Of a stretch of 64,000 nt of DNA, positions 26,810-35,307 are shown piece by piece. The stretch is from NCBI GenBank assembly GCA_964446605.1, contig CAYUPN010000009.1:1721-65720 (forward strand). The letters are read 5' to 3'. The notes beneath the pieces were generated by a model. That model was not told the origin of the DNA, did not search any database, and saw only the letters and a list, made by a program, of their open reading frames with translations. A program made the translations under genes and the position numbers. Source of the DNA: an uncultured Bifidobacteriaceae bacterium. GTDB taxonomy: Bacteria; Acidobacteriota; Vicinamibacteria; Vicinamibacterales; JAENWD01. The first letter of the stretch is position 1; the number at the start of each line of letters is the position of its first letter.

Positions 26810-27625
26810 CTACTGCTCGACGACAGCCGCCGGCGCCTCGGCGCGCTCGTACTGGCCGGCAAGCCAGGCGTTCACGCGCGCGAGCCGTTCGTACACGAGC
26901 ATCTCGCTCATGCGCATCGCATGGCGCGACGGCAGCCACCACCGCCAGTACCAGGCGCGCCGCTCCAGATCGTACATCGACGCCGACGGGATCACGCGCA
27001 TCCCCTGCGCCTCGAAGAGCGCGCGCGAGCGCGGCATGTGACGCGGCACGGTCACGAGGACGATCGGCTGCGACCGATCCACCATCCGGGCGATGTTCAC
27101 GGCCTGCCGATACGTGGTGCGCGAATGCGGCTCGAGCACGATCGCGCCGGCGGGCACGCCGAGATCGATCAGCAGCTCGCGCATCACTCCCGCCTCGGTG
27201 CGCTTGTACATGTGGCCAGGAACGCCGCCGCCGGATGCGATGATCCGGGGCGATCCCAGCACGTGGTAGAGCCGCGCCGCCTCGAGCGTGTTGTACGCGG
27301 TCTCCACACTCGGGAAATGCAGCCATTGTTTCCCGTCGTCGGCTGCGTGCGCCCCGTTGCCGAGCAGCACGACCGTGCGGGCGCCGGCGGCGTCTGCCGC
27401 GTCATGGACGCGTGGCGGCGTGCCCACGACCAGATCCAGGAGCCATGCGGTGGTCTGCGGCACGCTCATGACGACGTAGCCGAGCGCCACCATCGTCAGC
27501 CAGCGACGGCCCCACCGCTCGAGCGTCGGCGTGTGGAGCAGTGCGACACCGGCGAGGAGCGCGAGCACCAGAAACTCCGGCGAGCCCGGAACGAAGAAGG
27601 CCTTGATGAGCTGCGCGATCGACAT
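26810..27625 (-). CDS. YdcF/DUF218 (ElyC/SanA-like) family protein
   Basis: The internal ATG gives an N-terminal TM pair, then VVLLGNG....DG, IIASGGG and ..T..EA pattern. Confidence 0.7.
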   Translation of the reverse strand: MSIAQLIKAFFVPGSPEFLVLALLAGVALLHTPTLERWGRRWLTMVALGYVVMSVPQTTAWLLDLVVGTPPRVHDAADAAGARTVVLLGNGAHAADDGKQWLHFPSVETAYNTLEAARLYHVLGSPRIIASGGGVPGHMYKRTEAGVMRELLIDLGVPAGAIVLEPHSRTTYRQAVNIARMVDRSQPIVLVTVPRHMPRSRALFEAQGMRVIPSASMYDLERRAWYWRWWLPSRHAMRMSEMLVYERLARVNAWLAGQYERAEAPAAVVEQ

Positions 27626-27651
27626 GCGTGGAGCGTAGCACTGCGGTGAGT

Positions 27652-27738
27652 GCGACCTGAGCCGACCCGAAGCGACCTGATCCGATCCGGAACCGGGCTG
27701 ACCCGACCTCATCCGACCTGATCCCCGACCTGATCAGC
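27652..27738. repeat. Degenerate array (about 8 units) of CGACCTGATC, the reverse complement of the 15011 decamer
   Basis: gcgacctga gccgacccga agcgacctga tccgatccgg aaccgggctg acccgacctc atccgacctg atccccgacc tgatcagc. Confidence 0.7.
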
Positions 27739-27865
27739 GCCGTGCAGATTCTACGCGGGATCCCGCGTGGCGACGGTGCGTGCGCCCGCAAAGTCGCGCG
27801 TGCGTCCCATGGCACCGCGCTTGCTGCATGGGAGTGCGACGGTCGTTCTACAAGAGGAGGATCAC

Positions 27866-28411
27866 GTGCTGAAACGATTCGCACTCACCGGAGCGTTCGC
27901 CGCCATGTGCGCGAGCGCGGTCATCGCGCAGTCGCCCGGACAGACGCCCGGTACGACGCCGGGACAGCCCGCGGGTCAGACCCCGGGCATCCAGCAGCAG
28001 GATCGGGATCGGATGTCCGACGAGGCGGGTCCGGTCACCGTGACCGGTTGCGTCTTCCGCGAACAGGACGTCGCGGGACGCTCGCCGAACATCGCCGAGC
28101 GCGCGGGCATCGGGGAGGATTACATCCTCGCCGACATCAAGGCCGGCGGCAGCAGCCAGGCCGCCGCGTCCTCGAACCCGCTCAGCGGGCTCACGATGGT
28201 GAAGCTCGAAGGCGTGGACGACGAGCGGCTGCGTTCGTTCGTCGGGCAGCGCGTCGAAGTGAGCGGCGAGCTGAGCGATCTGCAGGATGCCCGGCAGAGC
28301 GCGACGCCGAGCGCCAGCGAGGATGCAGACGACGAACCGGATCTGGCGAACTTCGAGGTGAGCTCGATCCGGCAGGTGTCGGGCGACTGCCCGGCGTCGC
28401 CCCGCCAGTAG
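27866..28411 (+). CDS. Secreted hypothetical protein (Pro/Gly/Thr/Gln-rich N-terminal region)
   Basis: GAGGAGG lies 5 nt before the GTG. The signal peptide is VLKRFALTGAFAAMCASAVIAQS. Confidence 0.55.
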   Translation: MLKRFALTGAFAAMCASAVIAQSPGQTPGTTPGQPAGQTPGIQQQDRDRMSDEAGPVTVTGCVFREQDVAGRSPNIAERAGIGEDYILADIKAGGSSQAAASSNPLSGLTMVKLEGVDDERLRSFVGQRVEVSGELSDLQDARQSATPSASEDADDEPDLANFEVSSIRQVSGDCPASPRQ

Positions 28412-28422
28412 CGGGTGCGCGC

Positions 28423-28459
28423 GTGCCGGCGCGGCGGGAAGTCCCCGCCGCGTCGGCAC
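28423..28459. terminator. 16-bp GC hairpin (GTGCCGGCGCGGCGGG-aagt-CCCCGCCGCGTCGGCAC) between convergent genes
   Basis: One mismatch and a 4-nt loop. Confidence 0.55.
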
Positions 28460-28471
28460 AGTCCCTCATCC

Positions 28472-28894
28472 TCACGCGCCGGTGTCGTCCGGCCGCCCCG
28501 CCACCCAGTTCCACGCGGCGTCGTAATCGGTGAAGGGCCGCAACCGCACGCCCGCCCGCTCGAAGAGCGCGCTGCCCATGCGCGCCATCCCGTACTCCGC
28601 CCGGTGCGCGGGTGCGACGACGACCGCCCAGCGGCCGCCGTCGAAGACAGGGCGATGTCTGAGGACGAAATCCGCCATGTGGCGGATCACCGTCGGCGCG
28701 GCGGCCTCGACGAGTGCGCGGCGATCGCTGAGCAGGTTGACCGGGCGGAAGGCGATCTCCGTGAGCACGCGCTCCATCACCGCGCGCCATTCCGTGAAAT
28801 CGGGCTGGCGCCGGTAGAGACAGCGGACCAGCCGCACCGCCGGATCGATGTCATAGGTGAGCGCGCCGGTCCGGCTGGGCGTGGCGGCGGTCAT
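28472..28894 (-). CDS. Hypothetical protein (140 aa)
   Basis: Internal ATG (MTAATPSRTGALTYDID...). G/C third-position bias and non-repetitive composition. No family recognised. Confidence 0.45.
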   Translation of the reverse strand: MTAATPSRTGALTYDIDPAVRLVRCLYRRQPDFTEWRAVMERVLTEIAFRPVNLLSDRRALVEAAAPTVIRHMADFVLRHRPVFDGGRWAVVVAPAHRAEYGMARMGSALFERAGVRLRPFTDYDAAWNWVAGRPDDTGA

Positions 28895-29125
28895 CCGCCC
28901 AGGGCTCCGGTGGAGCAGGCAGGGCCGATCGGCCGTGCCGCACGGCGGACGTGGGAAGCGTGCCGCGGCATGGGGACCCTCCTGTGTACCTGATCGCCGG
29001 AGGCCGGGGCAAGCCAAAAGGACGGCGCGGGTTCCAACCTCATCCGTTCGGATTCCCGCGCCTGTCGGCACGGAGTGGCGCGCCGGTGTATGGCAGCGGC
29101 GTCTCCGGGGTACGCGGTTTTCCGG

Positions 29126-29170
29126 TTGACACCGCGCCGCCATTTAGTACTAACTATTTAGTAATTAGTC
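29126..29170 (+). promoter_or_regulatory. Candidate promoter (TTGACA-16nt-TACTAA) overlapped by an AT-rich operator with the 10-bp palindrome TTAGTACTAA and a direct repeat of ATTTAGTA
   Basis: ttgacaccgcgccgccATTTAGTACTAACTATTTAGTAATTAGTC followed by ATG. A 30-bp AT-rich island in a GC-rich genome, directly upstream of the BlaI-family repressor gene. Confidence 0.5.
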
Positions 29171-29548
29171 ATGAGAACCCCGAGCCCGACGCTCACGCCC
29201 CAGGAGCTCGCCATCATGAAGATCGTATGGCGGGCGGAGAAGGCCACCGTGCGCGACGTCTACGAGGTGCTCCGCGAGCGCCGCCCCGTCGCGTATACCA
29301 CCGTGATGACGATGATGCGGATCCTGGAGGAGAAGGGATACCTCCGGCGGACGCAGGGAGACCGCGCGTACGTCTATTCGCCTGTCCGGCCACGCCAGCA
29401 GGTCGTCGGCGCGATGGTCCGCGAGTTCGTCGATCGTGTCTTCGACGGCGCCCCCGAGCGCCTGCTCCTGCATCTCGCGAAGGATCGCAAGCTCACGCCG
29501 AAGCAGCGCCGCATCGTCGAGCGGCTCATCGAGGAGGGGGAGGAATGA
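29171..29548 (+). CDS. BlaI/MecI/CopY-family transcriptional repressor
   Basis: LTPQELAIMKIVW....ATVRDVYEVL......AYTTVMTMMRILEEKGYL winged helix. The stop overlaps the next start (ATGA). Confidence 0.85.
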   Translation: MRTPSPTLTPQELAIMKIVWRAEKATVRDVYEVLRERRPVAYTTVMTMMRILEEKGYLRRTQGDRAYVYSPVRPRQQVVGAMVREFVDRVFDGAPERLLLHLAKDRKLTPKQRRIVERLIEEGEE

Positions 29549-31242
29549 CGGACCCCACGTACCTCGCCAACCTGGCCGCCTACAGCGTGCAGGTGGCGTG
29601 CATCGCCGCGGGCGGCGCGATCCTGGCGCGGCTCGTCCGGATCGACGTCGCGGCGATTCGCTACCAGTACTGGCGTGCGCTGCTGGTGGTGTGTCTCGCC
29701 CTGCCGTGGATACAGGGGCGGCACGCGCCAGCCGCCGCGCCGGTGCAGATCACGGACACGATCACCGTGGCCGCGGCGGGCGCGGTGCCGGACGCCGCCG
29801 GCGCCTCGGCGATCCCGTGGACCGCGCTGGCCGTCGCCGTGCTCGTGACCGGAGCGCTCCTGCGGCTGGTGTGGCTCGGGATCGGACTCTGGCGCCTCCG
29901 CGGCCTGCGTGCGGCGGGAGCCGACGCGGGAAGCGGAGCGGAGATCGACGAACTGGTGCAGCTCACCGGCGCACGGGCCTCGGTCCGGTACGTCGACGGC
30001 ATCGAGCAGCCCATGACCTTCGGGCTGATCAGCCCGGTCGTCCTGCTCCCGCCGGCGCTTCGTACGCAGCCCGCGGACATCCGGCGGGCCGTCCTGTGCC
30101 ACGAGCTGATTCACGTCCGCCGCCGGGACTGGGCGGCCGTGCTCGCCGAAGAAGCCGTCCGCGCCGCGTTCTGGTTCCATCCGGCGATGTGGTGGCTCGT
30201 CTCGCGCGTGCAGCTCGCGCGGGAGGAAGCCGTCGACGAGCAGGCGGTGCTCGTCACCGGCTCGCGGCGCGCGTACATGCGGGCGCTGCTCGCGTTCGCC
30301 GATCATGCGCCGCTCTCGCCGGCTCCCGCGTTCGGCCGGCGGCGGCATCTGTTCCACCGGATGGTCCTGATCTCACAGGAGGCCGTGATGTCGTCGACCC
30401 GGGTCGTGTTGAACTGCGCCATGCTGGCGCTGCTGGTGACGGCGGGAAGCGTGCTGGCGGTCCGCGCGATGCCGATGGTGCAGGGCGCCGGTGCGGGGGA
30501 GCAGGCCGGCCCCGGACCGCTCGAGTCCCGCGCGAACGCGATCACGCCAGAGAACCCGATTCCGCGCCGCATCCACTCGGTGCCGGTCTCCTATCCGGCC
30601 GAGGTGCTCGGGGCCGGCGTGCGGGGCGTGGTGAGCCTGCGCGTGACGCTCGACAACGCAGGCCGCGTCGCCGAAGCCCGCAGGCTCTCCGGCTACCTGC
30701 CCGCGATGTCCGCCGACCCGGCTCAGCGCCGCCGCTACGAGGACGCCTTTGCCCGGGCGGCGATCGAATCGGTCCGGCAGTGGCAATACGAGCCGCCGGC
30801 GAACGCCCCGATCGCATTCACCGTCACGTTCGAGTTCCGGCCCGACCGGGATGCCAGGCTCCTCGCGCACGACGTCTCGACGCCTCGTGAGGCCGGCGCC
30901 GCGGCGCCGCCTCCGCCTCCGCCGCCGCCCGACTGGCACAAGGGCGCGCTGAAGGTGGGCGGAAACATTCGACCGCCGCAGAAGGTGAAGGACGTGCGCC
31001 CGGCATATCCGGCCTTGGCACGAGAGGCGGAAGTCGAGGGCATCGTGATTCTCGAAGCGCGCATCGACGAGAACGGGCGGGTCAGCCACACGCGCGTGCT
31101 GAAGTCGATCCCGTTGCTCGACCAGGCGGCCCTCGATGCCGTGCAGCAGTGGGAGTTCCAGCCGACGCTGATGAACGGCGCGCCCGTGCCGGTGGTCATG
31201 ACCGTCACGATCGCGTTCCACTTGAACAAGGACGGACAGTAG
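29545..31242 (+). CDS. M56 (BlaR1-like) metallopeptidase sensor fused to two TonB C-terminal-like domains
   Basis: N-terminal TM helices, and HELIH at nt 30100-30114 followed by VRRRDW. There are two C-terminal modules of the TonB_C type (..YPAEVLGAGVRGVVSLRVTLDNAGRV.. and ..YPALAREAEVEGIVILEARIDENGRV..) separated by a poly-Pro linker. Confidence 0.75.
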   Translation: MTDPTYLANLAAYSVQVACIAAGGAILARLVRIDVAAIRYQYWRALLVVCLALPWIQGRHAPAAAPVQITDTITVAAAGAVPDAAGASAIPWTALAVAVLVTGALLRLVWLGIGLWRLRGLRAAGADAGSGAEIDELVQLTGARASVRYVDGIEQPMTFGLISPVVLLPPALRTQPADIRRAVLCHELIHVRRRDWAAVLAEEAVRAAFWFHPAMWWLVSRVQLAREEAVDEQAVLVTGSRRAYMRALLAFADHAPLSPAPAFGRRRHLFHRMVLISQEAVMSSTRVVLNCAMLALLVTAGSVLAVRAMPMVQGAGAGEQAGPGPLESRANAITPENPIPRRIHSVPVSYPAEVLGAGVRGVVSLRVTLDNAGRVAEARRLSGYLPAMSADPAQRRRYEDAFARAAIESVRQWQYEPPANAPIAFTVTFEFRPDRDARLLAHDVSTPREAGAAAPPPPPPPPDWHKGALKVGGNIRPPQKVKDVRPAYPALAREAEVEGIVILEARIDENGRVSHTRVLKSIPLLDQAALDAVQQWEFQPTLMNGAPVPVVMTVTIAFHLNKDGQ

Positions 31243-31255
31243 GGGAGCAGCAGGC

Positions 31256-31286
31256 GGACCCGATCAGGCCCGGTCCGATCCGATTC
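31256..31286. repeat. Short degenerate GATC-word array (GGACCCGATCAGGCCCGGTCCGATCCGATTCG)
   Basis: Same word family as 15011..15130, about 3 units. Confidence 0.5.
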
Positions 31287-31510
31287 GCCCGCCTTCGTGC
31301 TTCGCGCTTCGGCGAGGCCCGCCCGCGGCTCCATCCATCGCGCGGGCGGGACCCGTCTTACCCTTTTACTCGCCGTAACTTTCTGACACAGTTCAATTTA
31401 CACAGTTGCGTGGGGTGAGACTGGTCGTAAAATGGGTCTCGCCTCATCCGCTCCCCCGCGGTCACGCGCCCGATTCGGCGGCTCCCAGGCCGCTCAGATC
31501 AACCTGCACG

Positions 31511-34213
31511 ATGCACGGAATCCGGCACTGGTGTGCCTGCACGACGCTGCTCGCTTTCGTCCTGTCGTTCGCTCACGTCGACGCGCGCCAGAGCGCCTCG
31601 CTCGAGGGTACGGTCGCCGATGCGACCGGGGGGGTGATCGTCGGCGCGCTGGTGGAATTGACGGACGCCACCGGCGGGATTCAGCACACGGTCACGAACG
31701 AACGCGGCGAGTACCGGTTCGACAATCTTCCGGCGGGGGAGTACGAGCTGCTGGTGACGCTCGACGGCTTCGCCCCGGTCCGTCAGCCCGTGCGGCTGGG
31801 CGCCGGTCCGGCGCGGGCCCCGATCACGCTGGCGGTCGTGCACGACGAGAAGGTGCAGGTATCCGAGAGTCTCAGCCTGCACGACAGCGCGTTGTCCCGG
31901 ACGCTGACCCGGCGCGAGCTGGCCCTGCTCCCGAACGACAGCCGGCTCCTGCTCCAGCGCCTGCGCGAGATGGCCGGCAGCCGCGGACGGCGCGGCGACG
32001 TCGCCATCTACGTCGATGGCTTCCGTGAAGGATTGCGGCTCCCGCCGAAGGACACCATCGACATGGTGCGGATCAGCGCGCACCCGTTCTCGGCGGAGTT
32101 CGCGGAGCCGGGGCACGCGCGCGTCGAGATCACGACGCGTCCCGGCGCCGAAGCGCTGAAGGCCGATTTCAGCGGCAGCTTCAGCTCCGATGAGCTCAAC
32201 GCCCGCGATCCGTTCGCGACGACGAAGCCCGACAGCGAGCTGCAACATCTGACGGGCTATCTGTCCGGACCGTTGCTGCGCGGCCGGCTCGGGTTCACGG
32301 CGTTCGCCGGGCGCTGGACGGAAGCGGCCACGCGCGTCTACAACGCGACGGTGCTCGACGAGGAGCTGAACCCGGTGCCCGCGACCGGCGTCGTGACGGC
32401 GCCGACCCGGATCGACAGCGTGCTCGCGGGACTGAACACGATGGCGGGGCGGAAGCACTCCGTGCGCCTGCTGTACGGGTACGAAGGGCGTCACGAGGAC
32501 AACCAGGGGCTCGACACCGCGTTCGACCTGCCGGAGCGCGCCTACGGCCGGAGCACGCGGGAGGTCAGCGGCCGCGGTTCGCTGCTGTCGATCCTGACGC
32601 CGTCGCTCCTCGGCGAGACGCACGTCGAGGTCAGCCGTCTCGAGGAATCGCAGGCGGCCGCGACGAGCGGACCGGCGACGCTTGTGCTCGACGCCTTCCA
32701 CGCCGGGGCGAGTCAGGATGCGTACGGACTGGGCGCGCGCACCGACAGCGTGCAGGCGCGCAGCACGCTCACCGCCATGCTCGGCGCGCTGATGCTCAAG
32801 ACCGGCGTGCAGGCCGAGTACGCCCGCAGCCGCTTGAACGATCGCAGCGGCTTCGGCGGCACGTTCCTGTTCGGGTCCGACGTCGAGCGCGATGCTGACG
32901 GTCGGCCGGTGCTGGACGAGGATGGGCAGACGATGGCGATTGCGCCGATCGAGCGCTACCGCCGTGCGCTGCTCGGACTGCCGGGCTACGGCCCCTCGCA
33001 GTACACGGTCGTCACCGGCCATCCCGACTTCGCCTACGGGCAATGGTGGCTGGCGTGGTTCGCGCAGAACGACTGGAAGGTCCGGCAGGACCTGACGCTG
33101 TCGTTCGGCGCCCGGCAGGAATGGCAGACCTATCTCGGACGCGCGGGCGATCTGGCCGCGCGTCTCGGGATCGGCTGGCGGCCGGGTGCGGCCGGCAACA
33201 ACACCGTGCGCGCCGGCGCCGGCCTCTTCTACGATCGCGTCGCGTCCGGCCTGATGCTCGACACGACGCGCCACGACGGCTTCCATCAGCGCGAGATCAT
33301 CGTCGATCGGCCGCAGGGCTTTCCGGAACCGCCGTCGCTGGACGGGGGCCGGCTCCCGACCCTGCATCGCAAGGCCGACGACATGCGCGCGCCGCGGATC
33401 GTCGTCGCGACGGTCAGCTACGAGCGTCGCCTGCCGGGCAATCTCACCGCCATCGCCGAGTACACGCACGAGCAGGGAGACCGGCTGCTGCTCAGGCGGA
33501 ACGTGAACGCCCCCGGGCCCGACGGCACGCGCCCCGTGCCGGAGAGCGGGCCGATTCTCGAGTACGCCTCCGCCGGACAGTCCCGCCGCCGCGAAGCGGG
33601 GATCACGCTGCGGTTCGATCTGGCCGACCGGATGACGCTCACCGGCGGCTACATGCGCACGTGGAGCCGGGCGACGACCGACGGCTACCGGTCCGCGCCT
33701 GCCGATCCGGACGCGCTCGGCCTCGAGTGGGGGATGCCGGTCGCGGATCGCGAGCACCAGGGACACGTCAGCGCGACGTTCTTTCTGCCCTGGAACGTGT
33801 ACTTCAGCCCGTACGTGACCGCGTCGACGGGCCGGCCCTTCAACATCACCACCGGGCGCGACAGCAATCGCGACACGTTCTATACCGAGCGGCCGGGCCT
33901 GGCGGCGCCCGGCGATCCGGGTGCCATCCAGACGCCGCTCGGTTGGTTCACGCTCGACCCCGCGCCGGGGGATCCGATCGTCGGGCGCAATGCGGCACGT
34001 GGCCGGCCGGAGTTCCGGATGGACCTGCACCTGTCCAAGCTGCAGCGCCTGCCGGGCAACATCAAGGTGACCTTCGCCGCCGACGTGCAGAACGTGCTCA
34101 ACCAGGCGGTCTACACGGGCTACACGAGCCTCGTGACGTCGCCGCTCTTCGGCGAACCAAACCGGGCGCTGTCGGGACGACGGGTGTTGCTGACGGCGAG
34201 ACTGAGCTACTGA
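31511..34213 (+). CDS. TonB-dependent receptor-like outer-membrane protein with an N-terminal CarboxypepD_reg domain
   Basis: The internal ATG gives a signal peptide. LEGTVADATGGVIVGALVEL...ERGEYRFDNLPAGEYEL is followed by a plug-like region and a long beta-barrel ending ..LTARLSY. Confidence 0.75.
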   Translation: MHGIRHWCACTTLLAFVLSFAHVDARQSASLEGTVADATGGVIVGALVELTDATGGIQHTVTNERGEYRFDNLPAGEYELLVTLDGFAPVRQPVRLGAGPARAPITLAVVHDEKVQVSESLSLHDSALSRTLTRRELALLPNDSRLLLQRLREMAGSRGRRGDVAIYVDGFREGLRLPPKDTIDMVRISAHPFSAEFAEPGHARVEITTRPGAEALKADFSGSFSSDELNARDPFATTKPDSELQHLTGYLSGPLLRGRLGFTAFAGRWTEAATRVYNATVLDEELNPVPATGVVTAPTRIDSVLAGLNTMAGRKHSVRLLYGYEGRHEDNQGLDTAFDLPERAYGRSTREVSGRGSLLSILTPSLLGETHVEVSRLEESQAAATSGPATLVLDAFHAGASQDAYGLGARTDSVQARSTLTAMLGALMLKTGVQAEYARSRLNDRSGFGGTFLFGSDVERDADGRPVLDEDGQTMAIAPIERYRRALLGLPGYGPSQYTVVTGHPDFAYGQWWLAWFAQNDWKVRQDLTLSFGARQEWQTYLGRAGDLAARLGIGWRPGAAGNNTVRAGAGLFYDRVASGLMLDTTRHDGFHQREIIVDRPQGFPEPPSLDGGRLPTLHRKADDMRAPRIVVATVSYERRLPGNLTAIAEYTHEQGDRLLLRRNVNAPGPDGTRPVPESGPILEYASAGQSRRREAGITLRFDLADRMTLTGGYMRTWSRATTDGYRSAPADPDALGLEWGMPVADREHQGHVSATFFLPWNVYFSPYVTASTGRPFNITTGRDSNRDTFYTERPGLAAPGDPGAIQTPLGWFTLDPAPGDPIVGRNAARGRPEFRMDLHLSKLQRLPGNIKVTFAADVQNVLNQAVYTGYTSLVTSPLFGEPNRALSGRRVLLTARLSY

Positions 34214-34287
34214 GGGGGAACGGAGAAACGGGAAGCGGGAAGGGCGCGCGTGCGCGATGTCGCGCGACTCGCACGCGCGCACGCGCG

Positions 34288-35307
34288 CTACAGTTCGCCA
34301 GCGATGCGCAGGGCTTCGCCGAGCCAGTCGCGCGCGTGGGAACGCGGCGGCGTCCACGCCGGGTGCCACGCCAGGAGACGCACGGCGAGCAGCAGCCGGC
34401 AGCGCTCGACGTCCGCAACCAGCTCCTTCAGCGGCGGCGCGTCGGCGCCTTCTCCCTGTAGCCCATCGCGGTAAGCCGCGATCATCCGCACGCGATCCGC
34501 GGCCGGCCAGTTGCCGCTCGTCAGAGTAGCCAGGTCGAACGCCCCGGGCCCAAGCGCCGCCATCTCCCAGTCGACAGGGCGAATCGTCCCAGCGTCCTCA
34601 ACCAGCACATTGGACGGATAGCACTCGCCGTGCAGGAAGGTCGGCGGCTGCTTCGCGAGGCGTGACGCGATCGTCTCGTACGCGGGTGCGAGCTGCTCGA
34701 ACGCATGCCGCCGGATCGCGTCGTGCTCTCTCACGCGAACGTGGGCCAGCGCCTGCGTGAGCCACCGGCCGTGGAACGTCATATCGTAGACGAGCAGCGG
34801 CACGTCGCCGCGTGCAGCCGCCCGGCAGGCGCGTGCCTGCAGCCGCACGTGCAGGCGTGCCAGCCATCGGGCCGTCGCGTCCCACGCCGCCGGATCGCCG
34901 ACGTCACAGAGCTGCAGTCCGTCGATGCGGTCGATGATCACGAAGTGCCGCCCCGCGACTGCGTCCGCCTCGGCGCACAGGCTTCGCGGTGTGCCGATGC
35001 CGGCGGGCTCCAGGAGCTCGCGGTAGACGAGCGGCTCCCGCGCAGGGTCGGCGAGCCCGGCGGGCCTGACGGCATGGGCGCCATCGGCCAGCGCATCCGG
35101 ACGGAGATCCTTGTGAATGAGGCGCAGCTCCGTGCCGTCGGTCAGCCGCACGTCGACTTCCTCGAGACGGGCCGTCGACGCGTACGGAGAAGGACGGCGC
35201 ACGAGGTCCAGGATGCCGGCGTGCGGCGCGCGCCGCGCGAGCGCCAGCTCGATGCTCCGCGCCAGTTCTTCGCCGGCGGCGACGGCAGGATTCGGGCCGC
35301 GCGTCAT
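34288..35307 (-). CDS. Phosphotransferase (APH/choline-kinase-like) family protein
   Basis: The kinase-like Brenner region FLHGECYPSNVLV (HGE in place of HGD) is followed by VDWEMA. The start overlaps the upstream stop (ATGA). Confidence 0.65.
   Translation of the reverse strand: MTRGPNPAVAAGEELARSIELALARRAPHAGILDLVRRPSPYASTARLEEVDVRLTDGTELRLIHKDLRPDALADGAHAVRPAGLADPAREPLVYRELLEPAGIGTPRSLCAEADAVAGRHFVIIDRIDGLQLCDVGDPAAWDATARWLARLHVRLQARACRAAARGDVPLLVYDMTFHGRWLTQALAHVRVREHDAIRRHAFEQLAPAYETIASRLAKQPPTFLHGECYPSNVLVEDAGTIRPVDWEMAALGPGAFDLATLTSGNWPAADRVRMIAAYRDGLQGEGADAPPLKELVADVERCRLLLAVRLLAWHPAWTPPRSHARDWLGEALRIAGEL

Noticed and set aside
26634-27041. ORF 26634..27041 (MGLGLWAFGPSALGLGLAFG...) and the PKSKVQGPRTAQSPKSKAQ N-terminal extension of ORF 5126..6520.
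   Set aside because: Both are simply translations of the GGGCCTTGG repeat arrays. The PQQ-propeller protein has a proper signal peptide at the internal ATG (6406).
31383-31411. The direct repeat ACACAGTT-N6-ACACAGTT upstream of the TonB-dependent receptor gene as a second BlaI operator.
   Set aside because: It does not resemble the TTAGTACTAA palindrome upstream of the repressor gene, and I could not fit convincing -35/-10 hexamers around it. It may still be regulatory, but the support is too weak.
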